NCBI GenBank assembly: GCA_048270185.1
Contig: JBLWTJ010000005.1
Span: 1 to 64,000 of the forward strand
Origin: Bacteriovoracaceae bacterium
GTDB taxonomy: Bacteria > Bdellovibrionota > Bacteriovoracia > Bacteriovoracales > Bacteriovoracaceae
Reading direction: 5' to 3'
DNA length: 64,000 bases
Made by a program: the position numbers and the translations under genes. The notes under the pieces are model-generated. The model was not told the origin of the DNA, ran no database searches, and saw only the letters and a list, made by a program, of their open reading frames with translations. Below, one piece after another: positions 55,600 to 64,000 of this stretch (position 1 is the first letter of the stretch; every line of letters begins with the position of its first letter).

Positions 55600-56484
55600 G
55601 TGAGTGAGAAAAATCAAATCAATAATTCGAATAGTAATATCGACAAGAAGCTACTTGAAAATAATCCTGTAATGGGTTCTTTAATGGTGCCAATTGCGAT
55701 TGTTCTAGTCGGTGCACTTATCATTTTTGGTGTAACAAAAATGTTATCTAATGATCATTCTTATAAGGACCTAGTCCATGAGATGAAGTCGAAAACCTTT
55801 GGTAATAAGTGGATCGCAGCTTTAGAGCTTTCTAAAGTCATCTCTGCTGGCGCAGTCGAAGAACAGGATATTCCATGGCTTGTCGAAAACTTGAAAGATG
55901 TTTATCAGTCTAGTGTTGATCCAAGAACTCGTGACTTTGTTGTTGTGGCCATTGGTGCTCTTGCTAATGAGAAAGGGCTCCCTGTAATCGATCACGCTTT
56001 AAAAGATACAAAGAATCCTGAAATTAATTTTCATGCGATGGTGGCCCTTTCAAAAATGCCTAAAGGTATTTCATTTGATTGGACGACGGTTAAATCATTT
56101 TTATCGAAAAACGATGCTGCCCTGGTTCAGGTGACGATCTTGACTCTTGCAACGCATCAGGTAGATGGAACAGAAGATATTATCCTTCCTCTACTAAAGA
56201 GTGATCTCGGTTTTAGTGTGAGATATGCGGCAGCTACAGCATTAATCGCTTATCAGAACGACCAGGCGATCACTACTATTAATGAAATTTTATTTCTCGA
56301 TGACGCTTCTTTAGGGAAGAAACTTACAGTCCAAGAAATCAGCGGTTTGAAGTATAATGTACTCACCGCATTAAAAAGATATGAATGGAATAAATTGGCG
56401 CCTAGCGTTGAGAAAATGATTAATATTGAGAAAGATATAAAAGTTGTTAGTCTTGCAAAGGAAGTTTTAAATTCGTTGAAATAG
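55600..56484 (+). CDS. Membrane-anchored HEAT-repeat protein
   Basis: N-terminal TM, helical repeats such as VRYAAATAL. Confidence 0.8.
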   Translation: MSEKNQINNSNSNIDKKLLENNPVMGSLMVPIAIVLVGALIIFGVTKMLSNDHSYKDLVHEMKSKTFGNKWIAALELSKVISAGAVEEQDIPWLVENLKDVYQSSVDPRTRDFVVVAIGALANEKGLPVIDHALKDTKNPEINFHAMVALSKMPKGISFDWTTVKSFLSKNDAALVQVTILTLATHQVDGTEDIILPLLKSDLGFSVRYAAATALIAYQNDQAITTINEILFLDDASLGKKLTVQEISGLKYNVLTALKRYEWNKLAPSVEKMINIEKDIKVVSLAKEVLNSLK

Positions 56485-56595
56485 TGATAACATCCTTCAA
56501 AGAATAAAATGAATTTGCAATAACTTATGAATCATAATTTGGGTCGGTCTGACTTAAAATTATGTATTTGTGATTAGAAATAGAGGTTTTTTAAA

Positions 56596-57099
56596 ATGTC
56601 TGATGATGTAAAAAAACAGTTAAACCGAAGAGAGTTCTTTAGTTTCGTAACTGTTGGTTGGGTAGCCTTCACGTCTGCTGTCGCAGGATTTTTAACACTA
56701 GCGTTTCGCTATTCTTATCCTAACGTAAATTTTGAACCAGAGATGGACTTTCTTGCAGGCCGTCCTGCTGACTACGAAGAAGGTGTAGATGAGCGCTGGA
56801 AGAATGGTTACGGTGTTTGGATTGTAAAAATGGAAGGTCGATTATTTGCTCTTTCAAATATCTGTACACACCTTGGTTGTGTTCCAAACTGGCTTCCTGC
56901 CGAATTAAAATTCAAGTGTCCATGTCACGGTTCTGGTTACTATCAAAATGGTATTAACTTCGAAGGTCCAGCTCCAAGACCACTAGAGAGATATGCAATT
57001 TCACTTAACCCTGAAGGTAAAATTAAAGTCGATAAGACAAAGGTTTACCGTTATGAAAAAGGGCAGTGGGATAATCCACAGAGTTACTTAAAAGTTTAA
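56596..57099 (+). CDS. Rieske 2Fe-2S subunit of a Rieske/cytochrome b complex
   Basis: Tat-like NRREFF, CTHLGC, CPCHGSGY, GPAPRPL. Confidence 0.96.
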   Translation: MSDDVKKQLNRREFFSFVTVGWVAFTSAVAGFLTLAFRYSYPNVNFEPEMDFLAGRPADYEEGVDERWKNGYGVWIVKMEGRLFALSNICTHLGCVPNWLPAELKFKCPCHGSGYYQNGINFEGPAPRPLERYAISLNPEGKIKVDKTKVYRYEKGQWDNPQSYLKV

Positions 57100-57128
57100 T
57101 TTAGAATAAATAATAGGAAGGAATAACA

Positions 57129-57911
57129 ATGGCTAAAAGAGGTGTTGTTGATTACATTAGAGATACTCAGGTCTGGAAATCAATCTTCAGACACGGGCCT
57201 CCAACGAACGCAAGAAACAGAGCTGCAGTTGTAGCTGGTAACGTGTTTTTACACTTACACCCAATCAAACTTAAGAAATCAGGGGTTCAACTTGGTTATA
57301 CTTGGTGTATGGGTGGTTTAACGTTTTTCATTTTCTTAGCACTGACTGTAACAGGTGTACTTTTAATGTTCTATTACAGACCGACTGCTGAGTATGCATA
57401 TAATGATATCATCGCACTAAAAGAGCACGTGCCTTTAGGGATTATGCGTGAGATTCACCGTTGGGGTGCACACGCCATGGTTATCACTGTGTGGTTACAC
57501 ATGTTCCGCGTCTTCATGACAGGTTCATATAAACCACCTAGAGAGTTTAACTGGGGTGTTGGTGTTATTCTTTTAGTATTAACTCTTCTTCTATCATTCA
57601 CTGGTTACCTACTTCCTTGGGATCAGCTAGCGATTTGGGCGATTGCCGTTGGTTCAAACATGGCAAAAGCGACTCCATTTATGGGGCACGGTGGTCCAGG
57701 TGCAGCTTTAGCTCAAATTGGTGACTTCGTAATGGTTTCTGATAAAAACGACGTACGTTTCCAGCTTCTTGCGGGACGTTTCGTTGGTGAGCCGGCGCTT
57801 TTAAGATTTTATATTCTTCACTGTGTATTCATTCCACTTGTTGTTGGTGTTCTAATTGCAGTTCACTTCTGGCGTGTAAGAAAAGACGGTGGGATTTCAG
57901 CACCACTTTAG
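57129..57911 (+). CDS. Cytochrome b6-like N-terminal subunit
   Basis: [37 protein letters not shown], heme His in LHC and VHF. Confidence 0.95.
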   Translation: MAKRGVVDYIRDTQVWKSIFRHGPPTNARNRAAVVAGNVFLHLHPIKLKKSGVQLGYTWCMGGLTFFIFLALTVTGVLLMFYYRPTAEYAYNDIIALKEHVPLGIMREIHRWGAHAMVITVWLHMFRVFMTGSYKPPREFNWGVGVILLVLTLLLSFTGYLLPWDQLAIWAIAVGSNMAKATPFMGHGGPGAALAQIGDFVMVSDKNDVRFQLLAGRFVGEPALLRFYILHCVFIPLVVGVLIAVHFWRVRKDGGISAPL

Positions 57912-57942
57912 AAAATATATTTTGAGAGAAAGGGATATATAA

Positions 57943-59019
57943 ATGAAAGAACTTATAAACTGGCTGGCCGATCCTATTAGATCATTCCCGATTACGACGG
58001 TCCTATTCTTCTTCATGATGAAGTACTATCGTGTAGTAGGAAGCAAGAAATTTGCTAAATGGGCACTTATTGCTGCTGCTCCTATTACAGTTTGGTTTTG
58101 TATGGATGCAAACTTTAGAGCAATTATCCTATGGCCAGATAATATTCCAATTAACATTATTATCGTTCTTATTGCTTGGCTTACTTGGTATGCACTTTAT
58201 AGAGCTGCTGAAAATGACAAGAGGATTGAAAATGGCGAGTGTCCAATTGAAGCACTTCCTGAAAATAGAGAAAAAGTTTGGGTATGGCCTAACTTAGTTT
58301 TCACAGAATTAATGTGTATGATTGGAGCAACTATCTTCTTAGTTGTTTGGGCAATTATCTTTAAAGCTCCACTAGAAGAGCCTGCAAACACAACTTGGGC
58401 TCCTAACCCGGCGAAAGCTCCATGGTACTTCCTTGGTCTACAAGAAATGCTTGTATATTTTGACCCTTGGATGGCAGGGGTTGTTCTTCCAGGACTTATC
58501 TTAGTTGGACTAATTGCAATTCCATATATTGATACAAACCCAAAAGGGAATGGTTACTTCACAATTAAAGAAAGACCAATCGCTATGTGGGGATTCTTAT
58601 ACGGTTGGATCGTACTTTGGATGTACCTAATTATCGTAGGGACATTCTTACGTGGTCCAAACTGGACATTCTATGGTCCATTTGAATTCTGGGACTTCCA
58701 TAAGGTTGTATCAGAATATAACGTTAACCTTTCAGAGTTTTTCTGGCTTAAGTGGCTTAACACTCCAATGCCAGCAAATATTATTCTGAGAGAGTTACTA
58801 GGTATCATTCTTACTCTTGTGTACATTTGTGTACTTCCTGTTGCGATTGCAAAATCTAAATATGGAAAGAAGATTATCGAGAACACTGGTCAGATCAGAT
58901 ATTATATTTTCATCATTCTTGTACTTGGTATGACATCACTACCAATCAAGATGGTTCTAAGATGGCTTTTCAGCTTAAAATATATTATCGCACTGCCTGA
59001 GTGGGAACTTAACCTGTAG
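57943..59019 (+). CDS. Cytochrome b C-terminal / subunit IV-like protein with extra TM helices
   Basis: VWPNLV, APLEEPAN, PNPAKAPWYF (PEWY equivalent). Confidence 0.9.
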   Translation: MKELINWLADPIRSFPITTVLFFFMMKYYRVVGSKKFAKWALIAAAPITVWFCMDANFRAIILWPDNIPINIIIVLIAWLTWYALYRAAENDKRIENGECPIEALPENREKVWVWPNLVFTELMCMIGATIFLVVWAIIFKAPLEEPANTTWAPNPAKAPWYFLGLQEMLVYFDPWMAGVVLPGLILVGLIAIPYIDTNPKGNGYFTIKERPIAMWGFLYGWIVLWMYLIIVGTFLRGPNWTFYGPFEFWDFHKVVSEYNVNLSEFFWLKWLNTPMPANIILRELLGIILTLVYICVLPVAIAKSKYGKKIIENTGQIRYYIFIILVLGMTSLPIKMVLRWLFSLKYIIALPEWELNL

Positions 59020-59059
59020 TAATTATACTTAAAGAAGAAGTAATAAAGGGTATATAACA

Positions 59060-61891
59060 ATGTCAAAGAAACATGAGCCAGGCATGGCCTATGATATGAA
59101 AAAACTGAATAAGGTCTTTGCGATCTTTTCACTAGTTCTTATGGTTACAGTTGTATGGGTAGCACTTGACGACTATATGAGACCTTGGAAAGCAATTCAA
59201 ATCGAAGCAATGAAAATCGAAAAAGAAAAGATTGCTAAAGATATTGCAGCTGAAGAGGCTAAGATTAGTGCAGAAAAACTTGCTGTTTTAGACGAAGAGT
59301 TAAAATCTGCAAAAGAATCTGTTGCTCAAAAGAATGATGATATCACTAAGCTTAAAGAAGAAATTAACAAGGTTCAAAAAGAGATCAAAAAAGAACAAAT
59401 TGTTAATGGACGATTAAACGGTGACGTTGCAGCTCTTGCATTCAACTATGGTGTTGCTCACGCAGAACATGCTTCTAATGCCCATAGCTTATTTGAAAAG
59501 CTTCAGGAAAAGAAAAAACTTTTTGCAATTTCAACAGACAAGAAGAAAGCCCTTCAGTCAAAAGAGAAATCTCTAAAGTCGAAGCTTGCTGAGTTTAGTC
59601 AAGATGTTGAAGCAATTAATAAACAAATCAATGGGATCGTTGGACGTTTAAATCTCCTTAAGGGTGCAGAAAAGAGAAAAGAAGTTACTCCTGTTTTCGC
59701 TCTAAGAAACTTACCATTTATCGATTTCATGGATCCAACTGTTAAAGTACAACAAGTTGTTCTAGAAAATATTACTGATGATCGATTCTTCCAACAGGTT
59801 CCTAAAGTTGACCGTTGTATGACTTGTCACACTTTCATCGATAAACCTGGATTTGAAAATCAACCAAACCCACATAAGACTCACCCTAATTTAGACCTTA
59901 TGGTTGGAATGAATGGTAAGCACCCAATGAAGAACTTTGGTTGTACTTCATGTCACGGTGGTGAAGGGCACAGAGTAAACGACTTTAATGCTGCAGCTCA
60001 CATGCCGGCAACTGAAGAACAAAAACAAGAGTGGATTGCAAAGTACAACTGGCACGAGCCACACAAGGTACCTATCGTACAACTTAGACGTGGTGACTAT
60101 GAAGCAGGTTGTGTTAAGTGTCACACAGGTGTTCAATACATTCCAGAAGCGACTACTTTAAACAAGGGCCGTCGTGATATTGAAAAATTTGGTTGTTATG
60201 CTTGTCACAAAATCGAAGGATGGGAAGACAAGAGAAAACCAGGTCCAAGCTTAGAGAAAATTGCAGCTAAACTTGATAAAGAATTCTTTAAAAATTGGGT
60301 ATGGGAACCTAAAGCATTTAACAAACATGCGAAAATGCCACAGTTCTTCCATAACGATAATAATAGCACTCCAGAAGCTATTACTAAGAATATCGCCGAA
60401 GTTAATGCAATGGCCGAAGTTATCTACGCACAGTCAGAAAGCTATAAGCCATTCATGAAATATACAGGTGGTAACAAAGAGCGTGGTAAGAAGCTTGTTG
60501 GTGAAATCGGATGTCTTTCATGTCACGGTGTTAAAGACTTTGCACTTGAGTCTCAAAAAGTTAACGCTCACAAAGGTCCATATCTAGATGGTATTGGATC
60601 AAAAGTAAAAGATGCAAACTGGATGGTGTCATGGCTTAAGAAACCAAGTCACTTCCAAGAAGATACAATCATGCCATCTTTCAGGCTTACTGATAGAGAA
60701 GCAAATGACATTACTGCATACCTAATGGATATGAAGAATGATCAATTTGAAAAACTTAAGTTTGCTAAAATGGATAAGTCAGCAAGAGATGAAATTCTTG
60801 TAACTTACTTCTCAGCATTTGATACTGAAGAAGTTGCAAAAGCTAAGCTTGCAACAATGAGTGACCATGAAAGAACAATGGAACTTGGTCGTCGCTCGAT
60901 TGGTAAGTACGGATGTTACTCTTGTCACAATATTAAAGGATTTGAAGATAGAGCACCAATTGGTCCAGAATTATCAAAAATCGGATCTAAGCCTCTTACT
61001 CAATTTGGTTTCTCTCATGAGAAAGTTGAGCACTCAAGAGAAGCTTGGATCAAGGCTCATCTTCTAAACCCAAGAAGATGGGATAATGGAGTTGATAAGC
61101 CATTTAAAGACTTATTAAGAATGCCACAGTTCCATATGTCGGAACAAGAAGCATCTGATATTACAACAGCTCTTATTGGACAAGTTGATCAGAAGATTCC
61201 TTTAAAAGGTATTAAGAGATTTAGTCCAAGTGAAGCAGTTGCTGCTGAAGGTATGAAAGTAGCAGTAAAGTATAACTGTATTGGTTGTCACCAGATCGAC
61301 GGTCAATTTGGTGATATGCTTGCAATCTACGATGATGTTAACGAAGCTCCTCCTCGTCTAGTTGAACAAGGACACCGTGTACAAGCGGATTGGTTCCACT
61401 ACTTCCTAGGTGATGTATATGAGATTCGCCCATGGCTTAAGCTAAGAATGCCAACATTCAATCTTTCTAAAGAAGAGAAAGAGAAACTTGTTGATATGTT
61501 CCGTGTGAAAGCTGATCAGCCTATCTTTGATGAAAATGAGAAAGTTGTATGGGAAAGCAAAGAAGAAAGACAAGCCGCGGTTAAATTATTTAATGACCTA
61601 GCTTGTACTTCATGTCACACGACAGGATTTAATAGTGATCCAGCTCTTGCTCCAGATCTTCATTTTGCGAAGAAAAGACTAAGAAAGAGTTGGATTAAGA
61701 AGTGGCTTGAAGGTCCAGATAAAATTATGCCTGGAACAACAATGCCATCATTCTGGCCTGAAGGTGAAGCAGCAGATCCTGATCTACTTGGTGGAGACGC
61801 TAAGAGACAAATCGAAGCTGTTACTAAATATGTACTTGAGTTAGGAAGTGATTTTTACTCACCAAAAGCTAAGAAAGCTGGGAAGAATTAG
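59060..61891 (+). CDS. Membrane-anchored octaheme cytochrome c
   Basis: Eight CxxCH motifs (CMTCH, CTSCH, CVKCH, CYACH, CLSCH, CYSCH, CIGCH, CTSCH), N-terminal TM and long coiled coil. Confidence 0.93.
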   Translation: MSKKHEPGMAYDMKKLNKVFAIFSLVLMVTVVWVALDDYMRPWKAIQIEAMKIEKEKIAKDIAAEEAKISAEKLAVLDEELKSAKESVAQKNDDITKLKEEINKVQKEIKKEQIVNGRLNGDVAALAFNYGVAHAEHASNAHSLFEKLQEKKKLFAISTDKKKALQSKEKSLKSKLAEFSQDVEAINKQINGIVGRLNLLKGAEKRKEVTPVFALRNLPFIDFMDPTVKVQQVVLENITDDRFFQQVPKVDRCMTCHTFIDKPGFENQPNPHKTHPNLDLMVGMNGKHPMKNFGCTSCHGGEGHRVNDFNAAAHMPATEEQKQEWIAKYNWHEPHKVPIVQLRRGDYEAGCVKCHTGVQYIPEATTLNKGRRDIEKFGCYACHKIEGWEDKRKPGPSLEKIAAKLDKEFFKNWVWEPKAFNKHAKMPQFFHNDNNSTPEAITKNIAEVNAMAEVIYAQSESYKPFMKYTGGNKERGKKLVGEIGCLSCHGVKDFALESQKVNAHKGPYLDGIGSKVKDANWMVSWLKKPSHFQEDTIMPSFRLTDREANDITAYLMDMKNDQFEKLKFAKMDKSARDEILVTYFSAFDTEEVAKAKLATMSDHERTMELGRRSIGKYGCYSCHNIKGFEDRAPIGPELSKIGSKPLTQFGFSHEKVEHSREAWIKAHLLNPRRWDNGVDKPFKDLLRMPQFHMSEQEASDITTALIGQVDQKIPLKGIKRFSPSEAVAAEGMKVAVKYNCIGCHQIDGQFGDMLAIYDDVNEAPPRLVEQGHRVQADWFHYFLGDVYEIRPWLKLRMPTFNLSKEEKEKLVDMFRVKADQPIFDENEKVVWESKEERQAAVKLFNDLACTSCHTTGFNSDPALAPDLHFAKKRLRKSWIKKWLEGPDKIMPGTTMPSFWPEGEAADPDLLGGDAKRQIEAVTKYVLELGSDFYSPKAKKAGKN

Positions 61892-61900
61892 GAGAGATAA

Positions 61901-62539
61901 ATGGCAGGACATGCTAATACAAAAGATTTAGTTCATGATGGTGTAATTAGTTATCCAAACGATCCACAATTTGGGCATGCGAGTCCAAATAAGATCGGTA
62001 TGTGGCTATTCCTTGGAACTGACGCCATGTCATTTTCGGGACTTCTAATTGCTTATGCTGTTCTTCGCGCAACTAAGCACTGGCCAGTTCCAGTTGAAGC
62101 GCTAGGTGGTGTTTTCCTTTCAGGGATTATGACATTTATCCTTATCTGTTCATCTGTTTCAATGGTTATGGCAATTGATGCAGTAAAGATGAGACAACCA
62201 AAGGCAATCAGAGGTTGGCTACTTGCTACAATTATTGGTGGTGTAATCTTCCTTGGTATTCAAGCTTATGAGTACACACATCTAATGACAGACATGGGAA
62301 TGACATTCTCAAATTATGAGCATGGAAATAATCTATTCTCAGCAACTTTTTATGCAATTACTGGATTCCACGGACTACACGTTCTCTCAGGTGTAATCTT
62401 CCTTATTTATATGTACGTTCTTGCACTAAAGGGACGTTTTGATAAAGGTGATTATGGTTTACTTGAAGTTTGTGGTCTTTTCTGGCACTTTGTTGACCTT
62501 GTCTGGATTCTAGTTTTTACATTTATTTATCTAATTTAA
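61901..62539 (+). CDS. Heme-copper oxidase subunit III family protein
   Basis: GMWLFLGTD, ILICSS, QAYEY, TGFHGLHV, WHFVDLVW. Confidence 0.94.
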   Translation: MAGHANTKDLVHDGVISYPNDPQFGHASPNKIGMWLFLGTDAMSFSGLLIAYAVLRATKHWPVPVEALGGVFLSGIMTFILICSSVSMVMAIDAVKMRQPKAIRGWLLATIIGGVIFLGIQAYEYTHLMTDMGMTFSNYEHGNNLFSATFYAITGFHGLHVLSGVIFLIYMYVLALKGRFDKGDYGLLEVCGLFWHFVDLVWILVFTFIYLI

Positions 62540-62561
62540 AATCTGAATATATTTCACGTTT

Positions 62562-62586
62562 AAAGGCTCCCGATGGGAGCCTTTTT
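62562..62586 (+). terminator. Intrinsic terminator of the respiratory operon
   Basis: GGCTCCC/GGGAGCC stem followed by T5. Confidence 0.9.
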
Positions 62587-62641
62587 CATTTGTGGCCAAA
62601 TCATTAGACGAAATGTAGCGAAAAGAGTATAAGAAAATTAT

Positions 62642-62878
62642 ATGAAAAGCTTTTTACTTCCTATTGGTATCCTGATTCTTGTTCTATTTTCAGACTATGT
62701 CTTCGCATGTCCTGGTTGTGCTGGTTCAATGGATAACCCAAAAGATGGACGATTAGTTTGGATTCTCGTGACTTTTATCGGTCTGATTTATATTCCATTT
62801 TTCATTCTTTATAAGACAATTTATAAGCACAGAAAGAGTGTTGCTGCCTTAGAAGACGTGGATAATGAAGAAAAATAA
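62642..62878 (+). CDS. Small membrane protein with CPGC motif
   Basis: Signal-like N-terminus, ACPGC, one TM. Confidence 0.75.
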   Translation: MKSFLLPIGILILVLFSDYVFACPGCAGSMDNPKDGRLVWILVTFIGLIYIPFFILYKTIYKHRKSVAALEDVDNEEK

Positions 62879-63398
62879 TACCAACTTTATCTATACTCTC
62901 TTATTTATTCTAAGTGGCTTCATTGCTCTTTTCTTATTTTGGTTCATTTATTTTAAACCAGAGGCGGCCGTAAGACTGTGGTGGGTAGACTATCTTCCAT
63001 TTGTGAACGCTATCCTCAATTCTATTTCTGCCACACTACTTTGTGTCGGTTACTACTTTGTAAAAAAGAAGAAAATCAGTCTGCATATAAAATCAATGTC
63101 TGGTGCAACTGTAACTTCAGCACTATTCCTTGTTTCATATCTTCTCTATCATCACTATCATGGTGACACGAAGTTTATTGCTCAAGGGTTTGTTCGTCCG
63201 ATTTACTTTGGAATACTCATTACTCATATTATTCTAAGTGTGGTGATGTTACCGATGATTCTAATTACTTTATGGAATGCTCTTACTAGTAATTTTGAAA
63301 GTCATAGGAAATGGGCAAAGTGGACTTTACCCATTTGGCTCTATGTCTCTGTGACAGGTGTCTTAATTTTTATCTTTTTAAAATATCTTAATTTTTAG
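62865..63398 (+). CDS. DUF420 family membrane protein
   Basis: LPFVNAILN, FLVSYLLYH, ILITHIILS, HRKWAKWTLPIWLYVSVTG. Confidence 0.9.
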   Translation: MKKNNTNFIYTLLFILSGFIALFLFWFIYFKPEAAVRLWWVDYLPFVNAILNSISATLLCVGYYFVKKKKISLHIKSMSGATVTSALFLVSYLLYHHYHGDTKFIAQGFVRPIYFGILITHIILSVVMLPMILITLWNALTSNFESHRKWAKWTLPIWLYVSVTGVLIFIFLKYLNF

Positions 63399-64000
63399 AC
63401 TCTTTTTTGGCTTTCTTTCTCTCTTCAGCATCAAGTCTTGCTTTTGGAAGAACTGCTTCGTGAGGAGAAACAACTACTTTTTCACCAATAATAACATCTC
63501 CCATAATTGAAGCCTTAAGTCCTACCGTTGCTCCTCTTTTGATGATAGTTGGAGCAATAACAAGAAATCCACCTTGGGCATAATGGGCAAAGATAGTCGC
63601 AGATCCCCCAATTGTTACATAGTCTTCAAGTGTAATTAAGCATGGGTCTGAGATATTTGTTGTATTGATGACACAATTCTTTCCAATTTTCATTCCCATC
63701 ATACGGTAGAAAAGTGTAATGATTGGTGTCGCCTGAAAAAAGTCTAAGACTGTATAGCGCACAAGCTGAGTCATGGCATTGTGATAGTACCAAGGAAGAG
63801 TTTCAAGTGAAATCCAACTTCCTTTGAATGGCTTCATTTTAATTGGATAGAGCCAGTTAAAAAACGGTACAATGAATATTAATGTTAGAGCATAGGCTGC
63901 ATAAGACATGACAAAGGCAAATGACATCGCAAATGCCTGTAGAACAAAGTGAGAATCTGTCGTTGCTGCATAGGTCTTTGTTAAAAAGATATAACCAGGA
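63388..64000 (-). CDS. Hexapeptide-repeat acyltransferase-like protein (5' end probably outside the window)
   Basis: FYRMMGMKIGKNCVI, DPCLITLEDYVTIG left-handed beta-helix repeats; frame appears open to the window edge. Confidence 0.8.
   Translation of the reverse strand, partial: PGYIFLTKTYAATTDSHFVLQAFAMSFAFVMSYAAYALTLIFIVPFFNWLYPIKMKPFKGSWISLETLPWYYHNAMTQLVRYTVLDFFQATPIITLFYRMMGMKIGKNCVINTTNISDPCLITLEDYVTIGGSATIFAHYAQGGFLVIAPTIIKRGATVGLKASIMGDVIIGEKVVVSPHEAVLPKARLDAEERKKAKKESKN

Noticed and set aside
56533..56564. Hairpin in the Rieske 5' region as a riboswitch or thermometer
   Set aside because: A single AU/GU-rich stem that does not cover the SD and has no known aptamer motif.
1..64000. 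Mobile elements, prophage, CRISPR, tRNA/rRNA, defence islands
   Set aside because: No transposase, integrase, phage or cas genes, repeat-spacer arrays or cloverleafs seen; composition looks uniform by eye.

Overview
AT-rich bacterial chromosome segment. Gene content points to a predatory Bdellovibrionota member, probably Bacteriovoracaceae/Halobacteriovorax-like. This is inferred from the Tad-pilus/RHS cluster arranged like the Bdellovibrio hit locus, tandem short flagellins, a TIGR04552-like protein and two Lon proteases. Most of the window is core genome: rplM end, rpsI, lon, rpoZ, recX-recA-pgpA, recG-greA, glmU-glmS-pcrA, ppx and a thiolase. I found no tRNA, rRNA, IS, prophage or CRISPR. 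Notable items: (1) a Tad/type IVb pilus locus followed by a toxin-less Sec-exported RHS/YD protein and three related small secreted Cys-containing proteins. One of them is co-transcribed with the RHS gene, and two sit in separate cassettes with sigma54 promoters at identical 52-nt spacing. (2) An unannotated 6S RNA. (3) GGA-loop hairpin leaders and a structured RNA around the flagellin genes. (4) A putative FliA regulon that includes one Lon paralog. (5) Many apparently leaderless genes. (6) A UvrA paralog with one composite ATPase site coordinately inactivated. (7) A RelA/SpoT-synthetase-like orphan. (8) A Rieske/split cytochrome b/octaheme cytochrome c/orphan Cox3 operon. All calls come from reading the sequence by eye; no searches were run.
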